From Octopus vulgaris (taxonomy: Eukaryota): 64,000 nucleotides of DNA. Below, piece after piece: positions 39,027 through 52,439 of the stretch. Both the position numbers and the translations under genes were made by a program. The DNA lies in contig OX597815.1 in the NCBI GenBank assembly GCA_951406725.2, positions 61,752,001 to 61,816,000 of the forward strand, read 5' to 3'. Each line of letters starts with the position of its first letter. The first letter of the stretch is position 1. The notes beneath the pieces were generated by a model. That model saw nothing but the letters and a program-made list of their open reading frames with translations. It was not told the origin of the DNA and did not search any database.

Positions 39027-40760
39027 CTAGCATTATGACCCCTCGTTGCCGGGTCATAGTGCTAGTGCATGTATGTATGTGTATATATATGTGTACATAT
39101 TACATGTACATCTATATATATACATCTACACATAAAATACAAAATACAAAGTTATATCTTAATATCGCTAGTGATAACAATACTCAAAATATATAACAGA
39201 CTGGAATTGTAGGCCCGTCTCTTGCAATTTCGATCAATTGTATCTTGTCCTCCCTCTTGTATAGAAGTGTGACTACAATCCAGCCTACCTCTACTTCTGG
39301 GGTACATTTTTATTTTTTATCCGGGACGTCCTACGTCCCAGATATAAAGGTAAAAATAAAATATTTCCACTTTGCAAGGTTCGAGTCGAGTACTCCCTTG
39401 CACGCTCCGTTGACTCGAACCTTGCTTCTATTGTGGCGAATTTACCGCCTCTCGTTAGATATCTTTCATAGTCGCACCAAGACTGCTTTCCTCCAGGTGT
39501 TCAAATATTTTTTCCTCTCTACATTGTATACTTTATAGACAATAGTCTTTTCTTTAATTTAATTTTTTATTTCGTTTGGTGATGTTATCCTATATTCAAC
39601 GTCTTTGTCGGTGATCAATCCGAAATAGGTTTGTATTTCTTCCATTTTAATTTTAATGAATTTGCGCCCGCCGACGGCTGCAGCGAAATTCAATTTTGGA
39701 CTTTCTTCTATCGAAGGCATTCTAACAAAAATGCTTCCGTGTAAACGGTGAAAATATTGTTAATTTCCCCAAACAGGGACACAATTCAATTTTTAAACAA
39801 TAACCAAAGCTCCTTCTCCCAAAGGGGGAGGGTTACAGTTTACAATTATTTAACAAATGCAACACAACAACGTTTCCCTTACGAGGAACCAACAAACGCG
39901 ATAACAATAGTTAAACAGTAATAATAATAATAACAACAAACCTTACGGTAAATCAAAAAGCTGTACGCAGTTGAAGCTATAGTCCTTTGTGTATAAGAAA
40001 TAAACCAACAGCAGTACTCAATAGAAGCGGCTGTTCGAAAAAACAGACATTACATACAGCCAAACTTCATATAGATACTTAATGCTAGCTAATTAGCAGA
40101 TAATCTAATGTAAAAGCCGTGGTAAACTGTATGTGCAGACCTCCATCTGGACTATTCCATTTCTGCACGCTAATTTTATTTTTTATTTATTCCCATTCAT
40201 GTGATATTACTTATTCAAGTTCAAGTCATTGATGCAATTTTATACCAATTGCTATTTTTACTTTTGTTATGTTACGATTATATTATACTTTAGTTTGATT
40301 TTAATTATTACTTACTACATATAATTCAATTGTTATTATTATCTCTAATTTTTATTGTTAAAGTGAAGGTATCTGACATAAAATAGAGAAATGTTTTTGT
40401 CTCACTTTTAACACGTAATACTGAAATAGTGGAGAAGATATGATATTGCTATGGGCTCGCCCTAGGCAAGAAGTTGAACATTTTTTGCCCATCAAACTAC
40501 ATGGACGCTAAGTAAGGCATGTGTAAAATTTGAATGAAATTGGTTGTGTAGTTCTCAAGTTTTAGGGAATCGTAGTGGAGAAGATATGATATTGCTGTGG
40601 GCTCGCCCTAGGTAAAAAGTTAAAAAATTTTTTTCCGATGACACTCCCCAGACCCTAAGTAAGGCATGTGTAAAATCTGAATGAAATTGGTTGTGTAGTT
40701 CTTCAGTTTTATGGAAACACACAGACAGACAGACACGCATTCTCAGTTTTATATATATAC
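39027..40760 (-). mobile_element. Non-autonomous Helitron
   Basis: The 5' end TATATATAAAACTGAGAATG.. is shared with the adjacent Helitron. A 3' hairpin plus CTAG|T lies at 39027, and there is a ~145 bp internal tandem duplication (40428-40570 / 40575-40715). Confidence 0.85.
39215..39720 (-). pseudogene. Captured fragment resembling LINE (L1/Tx1-type) ORF1 N-terminus
   Basis: MPSIEESPKLNFAAAVGGRK...KEKTIVYKVY...YLTRGGKFATIEARFESTERARE...PLYLGRRTSRIK, broken by stops and frameshifts. Confidence 0.5.
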
Positions 40761-40761
40761 A

Positions 40762-40831
40762 CTAGCAGAGATACCTGGGGTTGCCCGGTTACATTCAATT
40801 GAGGAATTAGATTTTTCTGTTATATATATAT

Positions 40832-40913
<82 letters not shown>

Positions 40914-43900
40914 ACATACACACACATATATATGTATATTAATATAAATACATGAAAGTACATGAAGTTTGTTAAAAAAAAGGGGATCATGTATATACCT
41001 CCTGGCTGTTGAGATTATAACACCTCGTTGTAAACAATGTTCCTTGTTTTTCCTTGTGGAGCATATACAAAAAGGTTTCTTTTGGTTCCTACTCTTGAGC
41101 AGCCAACATACAGTTGCCTATGCGAGAAGCAGGGCTCTTCCAAGAGAAGACCAGCTACAGAGAGGGTTTGACCCTGAGATTTGTTAATGGACATGGCAAA
41201 GCTGACACGAAGGGGGAATTGCAGTCTTCTGAATGTAAATGGAATTTCTGCTCCTGGTGGAGTAAGAGGAATTCTTGGAATAAAGACGTCATCACCTTTT
41301 CCACATCCAGAAAGAATGATCGTCTCGATAACGTGTGACATCATTTTCATTATCACCAGTCGTGTTCCATTGCAAAGTCTTGGTGGTTCCAGATTGCGAG
41401 TAGCATTACAAGAGTTCCAACATTAAGTGCTAATATGTGTGGAGGTAGTCCAGGAGGCTCCAGTGAATTGAGAAATTCAGGAGGATAGTTCACAACTTCA
41501 TTTATATCTGGAATTGCATCAACAGACTTGTAAGTGTGTATAGTGCCGGGAAGAGAATGCATTAGCTGTTGATTAATTTTGTTAACAGCGACGTTTTTTT
41601 GAGCATATATTGATCTTTCACACAGCCAATTGTGATTTTGGTAGTTTTGTGTGAAGTTGGGAAAGACTTTGTTTTTGAGGTCATCTACAGAATTAACAAG
41701 AGAGGAAAATGATCACACTTCCATTTGTCCCGCAGCATCGAGAGGCATCTTGCCTTCACCAAGTGTCAAAATGTCCTGTGCAAACTTTGTGGACATTTTG
41801 TCGCCGTGTAGCTGAGCTCTCATGTTAGTGGTGAGACTGAGGATTGTAACATGATGCCACAGGGTAAAGGACTTTAGGCATCCTTGGACTTCATCTGCTC
41901 TAGTGCCTTTCGGAATGACAGGAAGAGTTTGCCTGAAATCACCTGACAACAGAAGCGTTACACCTCTCATTGGAGCCTGACAGTCTCGGATGTCTTTCAG
42001 GGCTGTATCTAATGCTTCCAAAGCTCCCCTGTGAGCCATAGTGCACTCATCCCAGACAATTAGATGACACATTTTAAGTACTTGTCCCTGATCTGAGCTT
42101 TTGTTGATGTTGCATGAAGGTATTTCGGATGCTGCTAAATTGAGAGGGAATTTAAAAGTTGAGTGTGCTGTCCTGCCACCGGATAACAAAGTAGCTGCAA
42201 TGCCAGAGGAGGCTACAGCTACTGCAATGTCCTGATACTGCCTTACTTCTGCAAAGAGAAGCTTTGTAATAAATGTTTTTCCTGTCCCTCGCGTTGGCGT
42301 ACACTGTAAAGAATAATTCTGTAGGCCTGCAGCTGGTCTGGAAGTAATTTAGGCTTATTTTCAACAATGTACTTTGAAAGCGCTTGAGTGTCGTAGGTTG
42401 TTTCACGAATGACAGCAGTGGGAAGGCTATTTGACCCTGATCTGAATACTTGTGGCAGGCCATAGTCGACAATTCATTTCCACCCAGTTTAGCAATTCTG
42501 TCTTCAATGTCAATGAGTGTTTTGTTATAGATTTCATTGCTGATACCCTTTATGTTAGGATAGAGCAGTTGAGCTTGGCGCTGAAAGTCTTCAGCCAGGT
42601 TGTCTCTATATTTGAGCCATAGAGTGGCCGGATCACACAGTTCGCATGCCTGTAGTAATACTGCAAATAGTGCCCTGAGACTTTTAGGTGATTGTGATAA
42701 AGCAGCCTCTCCTAAAGTTACATCTTATTGTGCACCATCTTCTAACAGACCTTGTCGATAGCAGGCTTCTCTGTATGCTGTGCAGACATGTCCATGAACG
42801 GTTTTTAGGGTCTGGAAAGACGTTGGCCCTCTGACCTCATGCAGTAGTAGACGAAGGTAGAAGCACTCTTGTTGAGTGGGATGCACTTTGTATACTCGCC
42901 CAAGGCAAATGTGAAACTTAATGCCAGGGTATCCATGAACATTTAACCTGCTTTCCGTGGGGCCCATTTTTTTCCATTCCAAGTGTAGTACAATGGAATC
43001 TGTGGATACAGCAAGGTTTGAGCGAATGGATCCACTTGAGAAAGCTTGGAGAATGCAGTGAGTGTGCTATCCCTTGGTTCCTCTGCCAACAGAGAAGCAT
43101 TAGCATCGGTGAAGTACACTCTTTGATCATTTTCCAGGTGCACTGCAAGCTGTTGAATGGCGGGGTGTCGTTGGTGAATTGGAAAGCCAAAGATGCGCCA
43201 GAAAGCCTCGTTGCTACTTATGTACCGTCCCACCTGATAATGCGTCACCTCATCCTGGCAGTATTCTTTTTGAAGTCCAAACATTGCAGCGTCAGAACCT
43301 TTGTTTACATATTTGCAAACGTACTTGATGGATTTAACGGAGTTGCAAAACTCAACGTTGATGTGGGCATTGAAAGTCTTTGACAGTATGGAACAATCCA
43401 TCTATTAACAATATCGTGCTGTCCGATAGTTGCTGTGAAACCTCCGTCTTCTGGTTTTCTGCGTCTGTATGATGGATACCCATCAACACCTGTCTGAGTT
43501 TCTTGTTGGAACCTCCTTGGAAATCTTTTTGAACATATGCTGTCCTTCAAGCATGGTGAGTTTATGTTGAATCCACGCCCACATGGACCATGTACCATGT
43601 TTGCTTTAACTATTTCGTATAGTTCTTTGTCGATGTCATTGGAATTGATCTTCGCTGAGAGCCAAAGCAGGATACGAGCATGTGGAAGGCCCCTTTTTTG
43701 CCACTCGATTGTGTACATGTCACATTGTATGGGCCCAAAGACTTGCCCTTTTTGTATGGGCTCCATGAGAGAGATTAACTTCAGATGGAAAACTCGGGCG
43801 AGGAGGTCATGCCTGCCTTTCGGCTTTTGACCGAAAAAGAGTTCGGCCTGAATCTCCTTCCACTTGGGATTGCATGTGAAAGTTATGAATAGGTCAGGTC

Positions 43901-45258
43901 TGCCGTAATGGCGGACAAAGGTCATTGCATCCTGTGTTCTTTCATGTATGTATCGGGGACTTCCAGTGAATGTAGAAGGCAAGATGCAAAGTCTTCCTAT
44001 GTTTGTTGGAGCAGCATCATTGTTGATGGCATCTCGGAGATGGATGTAGCTGTCAGATGGCAATATTTTTTTTATGTAACCTGATGAAACAAAATCTCTC
44101 TGATTCCATTTTTGCGCACATATCGACTGCAAATTGATGAAACAGCTCTCGAGACTGGTGGTGGTGATTACAGCAGTTGTTTCGGGTCATAAATCTGTAT
44201 GAGTAGAAGTTCATGCAGGATATTGGCTTGTTGAGATGTTCATTAACATTTTGAGGATGTTGCTGTAGTAGACCGATGTGGTAGCCATCCTCACCGTTAA
44301 TAAACAGAAGTGGGTATTGGAGTGAATCGTATGATCTGTGTGTTTCACTAATTCGTTGGAGGGTGGTGTCACGTCGCCTGAGGACAATGTCTCTGGGATT
44401 GTCCTGTTCACCGTGAAGGAGTACAGCTATTTCATTGCATGTGGGTGCACTGTAACGGCCGGATTGTTCCCTAGCTGGTCTTTTCTGGGCATCAATGATA
44501 ACATTAAAATTTGATGAAACTTCTGTTTCCAAGGTATACTTGAAGCTACGTACGTAGATGTTTTTCTGGTGCAAAAGGTCTTGCAGTTGCATTGTCAATT
44601 TCCCCAAACAGGGACACAATTCAATTTTTAAACAATAACCAAAGCACCTTCTCCGAAAGGGGGAGGGTTACGGTTTACAATTATTTAACAAATGCAACAC
44701 AACAACGTTTCCCTTACGAGGAACCAACAAACGTGATAACAATAGTTAAACAGTAATAATAACAACAACAAACCTTTTTAATTTATCCCCATTTATGTGA
44801 AACCACTTATTCAAGTTCAAGTCATTGATGCAATTTTATACGAATTGCTAATATACACGCACACACATAATAAGGGTGAAAAAATGAATATTAATATGAA
44901 TTGAAAACCAGTGGTGTAGCATATAAGACCATAGCGGATCTTCTTCTAGCACAATGGATGACCACTGTTAATGGTTCATCCCTGTTATATAATACTTTCA
45001 CTTTAATAGTTTCAGTATTAAAGTGAAAGTGTCTGCATTACAATAGAGAGATGTTTTTATTTCACTTTTAACACGTAATACTGAAATAATGGAGAAGATA
45101 TGATATTGCTGTGGGGTCGCCCTAGGCAAAAAGTTAAAATGTTTTGCCGATGACACTTCCCGGACCTTAAGTAAGGCATGTGTAAAATTTGAATGAAATT
45201 GGTTGTGTAGTTCTCAAGTTTTAGGGAAAAACACAGACAGACACACACACATTCTCAG

Positions 45259-45293
<35 letters not shown>
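40762..45293 (-). mobile_element. Helitron (decayed autonomous)
   Basis: 5' A|TCTATATA at 45293; 3' CCGGGCAACCCCAGG hairpin plus CTAG|T at 40762; RepHel coding remnants inside. Confidence 0.92.
41015..44596 (-). pseudogene. Helitron Rep/PIF1-helicase (RepHel) pseudogene, frameshifted and 5'-deleted
   Basis: HUH Rep motifs PDLFITFTCNPKW, IEWQKRGLPHA and KYVCKYVNKG. PIF1 motifs GGRTAHSTFK, IVWDECTM, GDFRQTLPV, FAMSINKSQGQTL and QLYVGCSRV. Confidence 0.95.
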
Positions 45294-46039
45294 TATATAT
45301 ATGTGTGTGTGTGTGTGTATGTATGTATATATATATATATATATAACACAAGGCATGAATAATATTCATTATATATTTTTCTTTATTGTACTAAATACGC
45401 GGTTTTCTTTACTAATCTGAACAATAACGTTAGCCCGGAGTACTAATAGAAAGCTTATAACGTATTGTGAGCCGATTGATAATCCCTCAGTAATAACTCT
45501 GTTGCACACACACACACACATTCGCATAATTCGCATATACACATATGTAGAAAAGACAAGACAGAAAAAAGATGAATGTTTGCATACGCCAGTCGAACCT
45601 GGTGCCCGTGCCACCCAGTACACCGAAACCTCATTCCCCTAATTTAGAAGCGTAAGACTAACTAGATAGAATTCTTTATGCCAGTAGTCTAACAAAGGGA
45701 ACTCAGTCCGCACAGTTTCGAGGTATAGTATAATGAATATAGTTAGTACATAAAAAGTTCTATAAAATAGTTCTTCTTACAAAAAATATAAATCATTAAC
45801 TCAACAAACACCTGTAGAAATAAATATGATCGTTCAACCCTCGGGTCTTTCAATCTTTTGACTCTTGAATTTTGTCCACTTGCACCTACCTAGCACCCTT
45901 TATTTTGCAGTTTAAATAACCAAATTCCAAATTGACGCTGATTGTTTGACTAAAAGTTTCACATATTCAGTGGCTTCATATAGATATACATAAAACATGC
46001 AATTCATAATATGCTTATATATATATATAGTGTAATAAA

Positions 46040-46560
46040 TAAAATATATGCATACATACGAACATATATGCACGTACCTACATCTACATGTATATATACA
46101 TGCATATATAAATATATATACGTGGGTACAGGACACCACAACTAGACGTAGAACTCAATGAGAAACGAAAACGGAAAAACGAAAACGGAAAAACAAGCAT
46201 GGAACAAACTATTTTTTTACAACAGAAAAACAGAGTACAGGACAAACTACACAAGGAAAAATCCCCTTCATCAGGTGTCTCTAGTTGAATTCTAGCGTGT
46301 TTCGAAGTAAGACAGAACACGACTCGTTAAATTAGTCCTTCCTGCGAGAGAATTAAAATAAAATTACTTCGCAGAGGGGTAAAAACAAGAAAGAAAAAAA
46401 TGAGAAAGAAAAAATGTAACACAAACAGGACTTGAAAACGATACAAATAAAAATACAAAATAAAATACAAGATAAAAATAAAATACACGATAAAAATACA
46501 TGTACAAGAAAATACAATACGAGAAATAAAAATAAACAAGAAAACAAACGAAAAGGCCTT
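46040..46560 (-). mobile_element. TA-associated family X element
   Basis: Colinear with 51505-51960 (GAGTACAGGACA, AAGGAAAA.TCCCC.TC.TC.G, GCGT.TTTCGAAG, GAGGGGTAAAAA). Confidence 0.75.
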
Positions 46561-46594
46561 ATATATATATATATATATATATATATCTATATAT

Positions 46595-47062
46595 ATATAA
46601 ATTAAATTAGAGATAAAACCACTATTAGGCAAATCAAACAGTGAAAAACATAAACCAAAACATAAAAATGAATATTAGTATAATATACAAAATATATAAA
46701 ATATAAAGTTTAAAATTTAAATTATTTAAATTTAGAATTTTTAATTTATATTTATATATAATTTTTTATATTTCTTAATATTTTTTAAATTTTAAATTTA
46801 TAAATTTTTAAACTTTTAATTAAAAAATTGAAAAATTAAAAGTTAAAAAACTTATAAATTTAAAATTAAAAAATAATAGAAAAATAAAAAATTATATATA
46901 AATATAAATTAAAAATTTTAAATTTAAATAATTTAAATTTTAAATTTTATATTTTATATATTTTGTATATTATATTAATTATATTTATTTTTATGTTTTG
47001 GTTTATGTTTTTTCACTGTTTGATTTGACTAATAGTGGTTTTATCTCTAATTTAATTTATAT
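46595..47062. repeat. Very AT-rich fold-back palindrome (~230 bp arms)
   Basis: AAATTAGAGATAAAACCACTATTAG... is mirrored by ...CTAATAGTGGTTTTATCTCTAATTT with scattered mismatches. Confidence 0.92.
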
Positions 47063-47130
47063 TTATACTGTGAAATTTGATTTAATCCTAAATCTAATTT
47101 TTCCCTGTAAGTTTGGATTTACTCCCTAAT

Positions 47131-47162
<32 letters not shown>

Positions 47163-47224
47163 TGTATGTATGTATGTATGTATGTATGTATGTATGTATG
47201 TATGTATGTATGTATGCATGTATG

Positions 47225-47295
<71 letters not shown>

Positions 47296-47839
47296 CTAAT
47301 ATAGGATTAAATTTTATCAAAACAAAGCTTATTAAAAAATAACTTTAAAGGTTAAATTTATAAACAACTTGTAAACAAGGGCAAAAGAAAAAAATTTCTA
47401 ATATCAAATATGCCGAAACTAGACACATCGTCCATAACCATATAATTCATCTCTATAAGCACGCGTCTCGAAGAAAGCCGATAGAAATTTCTTAAAAATT
47501 CCGTTATTACCATATCGGACCCGATTTCAGAGTTAATTCATAAGAACCTTCTCTTCGTCAGTGATAAATGCGGCAAAGAAATAAATGAAATACTTATACC
47601 CATGGAAGAAATATATATAAGTTGTATATATATATATACATGTATACATATTATATAGCTCTGCACGGACATGTAGACACTACATACACAAACATACACA
47701 CGCACGCACACACACACACACATACACACACACATATGCACACGTGCATAAACATGCAAATATCTACATTTATTTATCAATCTGCCCATGTCTGTCTTTT
47801 TGTGTCAGACTGTCATCCGGTGTATCTGTTTCTCTGTCT

Positions 47840-49046
47840 CATCCCATAAATAATGCGGGGTTTTTTTAATGCTTCTTTTATTTTTCAAAATTAAGATAAA
47901 CAAAGTTCTTTTTTTACTCTATTACATACTCTACTTTATTTTCTAAAATGTTCTTCAATCTATCTTGTAGACTTGCAAAGCCCTTTTCGAAAATTCTCTT
48001 GTTCTGAGCTCGTCTACAGAATCTGTATTTTCCCGTCCAAATGATTTTGAAGACTGCAGAATTAATAATAACCACATGGAGCAATGTCTGGCCAATATGG
48101 TGGGTGGGGCATCGTTTCCATTCAAACTTCTCCAGCCTTTGGAATGTCATCCTTTCGCCTTCAAACCAAACATGGTCGTTTTTCTTCTAGCGCTGACTTA
48201 AGACGCTCAAGCTGCTCGCAGTAACCTTTGTTATCGTTTAGTTTGGGTTTAAAAGTTCAAAGTGGACTAAACCTTTTATATCCCACCAAACAGATAACAA
48301 CACCTTACGTGGGTGAAGACCTACTTTAGCTTGGGATGCCGATGTTTCTTCTTTCTCTACCAACTGTCTTCGGCGCTTGACATTTTTAGAGAGAATCCAT
48401 TTCTCGTCACCAGTCACTATTTTGTCCAAAATAAAAAAGTTGTGAGATGTGATAGCAAAGAAGATCACGCATTCATTCTCTACGCGCGATTAGACTCGGA
48501 AAGTTTGAGGAACCCATTGACCCAATTTGTTGACTATTCGATTGCACGCAGGTGTCGATGAATGGTTGAATGACCAAATCCAAGCTTCTCTGCTAATTCC
48601 TCAATAGTTACGATGGGATTTTGTTCCACCAGGGTTTGCAGGACATCCTTGTCGAGCTCTACAGATATTCCAGGACGAGTCTCATCTTCTAGGCTGTAGT
48701 TTCCGGCTCTGAGTTTCTAGAACCACCGTTGATACTGGCTTACACACATTATCCAATCCCCATATACTGCATTAATATTCCTTGCACTTTCCGTTGCGCT
48801 GTTGCTTTTATCGAACTCATAAAGCAAAATATGCCGAATATGCTCCTTTGTCACTTCCATTACAGCTTTGAAAAAATAACTGTTAAAATCGAACTACACT
48901 CTTTAAAACTTGCACTAAGAATAAATACAAGGTAAAATTACTACCTGCTTTTATAGCAAGTTGATACAGGTAGTTTATCCCATCCCCTCCGAATTTTAGT
49001 TCATGCAGTTGAAAAAAACCCGCATTATTTATGGGATGCCCCAATA
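47840..49046 (-). mobile_element. Near-full-length decayed mariner (DD34D-type) element
   Basis: TIRs CATCCCATAAATAATGCGGG / CCCGCATTATTTATGGGATG. Protein remnants MEVTKEHIRHILLYEF, IVTGDEKWI and LHPRKVLLSVWWD. Confidence 0.92.
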
Positions 49047-49604
49047 TATTTATATATATTATATATGTATATGTGTGTGTGCATGCGCGTGTCTGTGTTT
49101 GTGTGTGTGTGTGCGTGAATATGTGTGCGTGCCTGTGGTGTGTGTGTACATGTGTATATGTACGCACGCACGCGCGTGTTTGTCTTTGTGTTTGTGTTTG
49201 GTAGTGAAATATATCAATGTTAGCTGAGTTCTTCAGTGGTAAACTACTAAAAAGAGATTTTAAGCATTTAATGTGTAATATAATATCGGAATATTCTTTA
49301 AAATGCACCAGCATTCACACTAATATGAAGACCACCTACTGAGGTAACGGATCAAATTTCAAACCAAATTTACTTTAATATTCTTTGATTCCAAACTTTA
49401 TCATTTTAGTTTAACCTTAACCATTTCAATATGAAGTCACACTATTTATTTCACATTATACCAGTAAGATAAGTTTATAGTTGTGTACTTAACCGTTAGG
49501 TTTAACAAAGTAGGGTAGATTAATTTGAAATTGTCTGGAGCCATAAAACGGTCATGACTATCCCCCGCCCTCACCCGCTTCTATATCACACCTTATACGT
49601 ACAT

Positions 49605-49910
49605 AGGTGCAGCTGGATTGCATAGTGAGAAATTTGCTTCCCAACCATTTGGTTCAGGGTTCCATTCAACAGGATGGTACCTTGGCAAAGTGCCTTGTGA
49701 GTGGATTTGGTTGACGGAAACTGAAAGAAGCTCATTCTACCCATATATATGTGTGTGTGTGTCTTTCTACTTGTAGTTGTCCCTTGTCTCCGTTTGCCAA
49801 CCGGTGTTGCTGTGTTCACGTGTTTTTAACGGTTCGGCATAAGAGACTGATAATATAAGTACCAAGCTTAAGGTGGTGTTCCAGCGTGATCGCAGTCCAA
49901 TGGCTGAAAC
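49605..49910 (+). mobile_element. SINE family A, degenerate
   Basis: GCCTTGTGAGTGGATTTGG..GACGGAAACTGAAAGAAGC. Confidence 0.8.
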
Positions 49911-49945
49911 ACACGCTCGCACACACACACACTCATACTCACACA

Positions 49946-50030
<85 letters not shown>

Positions 50031-50249
50031 TACATCTTACGACATCCCTTTTACTCTTTCTTCCACTATTTAACGCTATACCACTTTCTTATCTCCACTC
50101 GGTTCAAGGAATAAATTACATTTTTAGCATCCACTCTGATCCTAATCGCTTGTAACTGTAACCAACGAGGATCAAAACAGAATTAATTCTACAATCAAGT
50201 TTCCAATATAATAACACACTTTCCAAGTGTGCAGTACTTTGTTTTGTAT

Positions 50250-51125
50250 GCCAAAGCTTTGTTTTTACCTATAAACATTCAGTATTATTGATTAGCTTCC
50301 CCAATATGAAACAATTTACTTGGAAATGCTGTATCTGATGCTATACAAGACGCATTCTCCCCTTCCCTCAGATTTCTCAAAATGTCACTCCAGGTCCTAT
50401 GTGTAAAGTTGAACCTCTCATATGCTTTAATGCAATAAAAAGTTTTTTCCTGAATATGTGTGTCCAATATGTCTGTGCGTCTAATATGCGCGTGAGTCTT
50501 TTATGACATCAAATACGATTATTATAATGTAGAAATAACAACAAAAGAAATATCCCCATCCTCAGAAACATCTTCATGCTCTTAGATTAACGAGCAAAAC
50601 TTCATCGATTCGTCTATATTCTACAATGAAGCTCTGCCAGACAAATGTTTTGGAGAGGAGTGCCACACGAGTAGATCAAGCATAGAAATGAAAATAGAAA
50701 CAGGAAAAGAAATATTAACTGGTTTGACCCTGTAAACCAACAGATATTTTATTTGACAGTGCTCACTTCCGCAACCGAAATATTTGTGAAACTACAAAAG
50801 CAATATTTCACAGGATACTTAAATGTTGCCAAACTTCGTTCAAACCATCTTTCTCTAAACAGAAAACACATGCACCTTATTAACAGATGCAATTGTCATG
50901 ACTCGAATACATTTTCACTTCCATCCAAATTCCTCGCAAAAACAGAGTTTAACTTTGTTTCATACAAATTAACCAATCGACCAAAGTATATGTAGTCTTA
51001 CTGCTAATTCCTTTAAGCACCACTATAAGCACATTCACAGATTTCGAAATGACAGGAGACAAGACTACGTTGTCAATCTATATCTGGAAACATCCCATAG
51101 AATCTGAGATGAAACATATCCATTG
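50250..51125 (+). mobile_element. Decayed Penelope-like element (RT C-terminus, linker, GIY-YIG endonuclease)
   Basis: Remnants RNRKRNINWFDP, CNCHDSNTFSLPSKFL, KVYVVLTANSFKHHY and TTLSIYIWK, in the order expected for Penelope-like ORFs. Confidence 0.7.
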
Positions 51126-51129
51126 AGAA

Positions 51130-51172
<43 letters not shown>

Positions 51173-51176
<4 letters not shown>

Positions 51177-51285
51177 GTTGGACAAAATAATGGAAACACC
51201 TAAAAATTTCTAACAAATTTAATTTAATATGGAGTAGGACCACCTTTGGCAATAATTATAGCTTGAATTCTACGAGGTGTGGACT
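51173..51285 (-). mobile_element. Tc1 3' end fragment
   Basis: TIR AGGGGTTGGACAAAATAATGGAAACACC; PRRIQAIIIAKGGPTPY*. Confidence 0.8.
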
Positions 51286-51504
51286 GTCTTTCTGTGCTGC
51301 CTGTCTAAGTAGTTAAGGTGCATTGAATTTATAGTGATGGTTATGCCCAGAAAGAGGCGCTCCAAAAGATGAAGTTCCTTTTGGAGCCTCTTCCATGCGA
51401 AGGCTTTGAAGGTCAGATTTTTTCGATCATGTGGGTAATTTTCTTGCGAATCGCGATATCAGATATATGCTGAATATTCCTGCTACAGTCTTCTCACTCA
51501 TAGT

Positions 51505-52130
51505 ATACATACATAATACATACATACATACATACATAAATTAATAAATAAAATAAAACATATGCATATATACATACATACATGTACGTACCTACCTCTA
51601 CATGAATATATACATGCATATATGGGTACAGGACACCAAAAAACCTCGAACACAATGAGAAACGAAAACATAAACACAAAACCAAGGAAATGGACATTTT
51701 TCTTAAAAAACGCAAAAAATAGAGTACAGGACATACAATACAAGGAAAATTCCCCATCTTCGGTCGCCTTTGTTCCATCTACTCCGCGTTTCGAAGGTCA
51801 AGGCGAGACACGACTTTAATGAAACTTTCCTTCCCGCGAAAAGCAAATTAAATAAAATTTGAGATTTTTTTGCGGAGGGGTAAAAATGGTAACAAAAACA
51901 GGACGGTAACGACGGTACAAAATATAAACAGTAAAAGACAGGACAAGGAGAATAACAGTAACACAGACAAGAAGGGCTGTTAAGCCGAACGAGATAAAAT
52001 ATTACGAACGCTATTTTTGAGAACGGCACAGGAGCCACAGAAAATATCGTCTACACTTGAAGGAAGCCAGGTCAGAAAGACAGTAGCAGAGTTCTCGTCG
52101 CGGGTCAACGACGGGAGGGAGGAGGAGGAG
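51505..52130 (-). mobile_element. TA-associated family X element
   Basis: Homologous to 46040-46560. Confidence 0.7.
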
Positions 52131-52187
52131 CAAGAGAAAGGGAGAGAAAAAAGGGAATGGTTGTAGAGAAAACCAGAAAGAATGAAG

Positions 52188-52238
<51 letters not shown>

Positions 52239-52372
52239 GAGAGACAGAAAAGGAAACCCGAAAGAATGAAGGCTGAGAAAGGGAGGGGACAGAAAGGTTA
52301 AGAGTGCACATATACATACATACATACATACATACATACATACATGCACGCATACATACATACATACATACA

Positions 52373-52406
<34 letters not shown>

Positions 52407-52439
52407 CATCTACCACAAGTAGTCTTAAATACAGATCAG

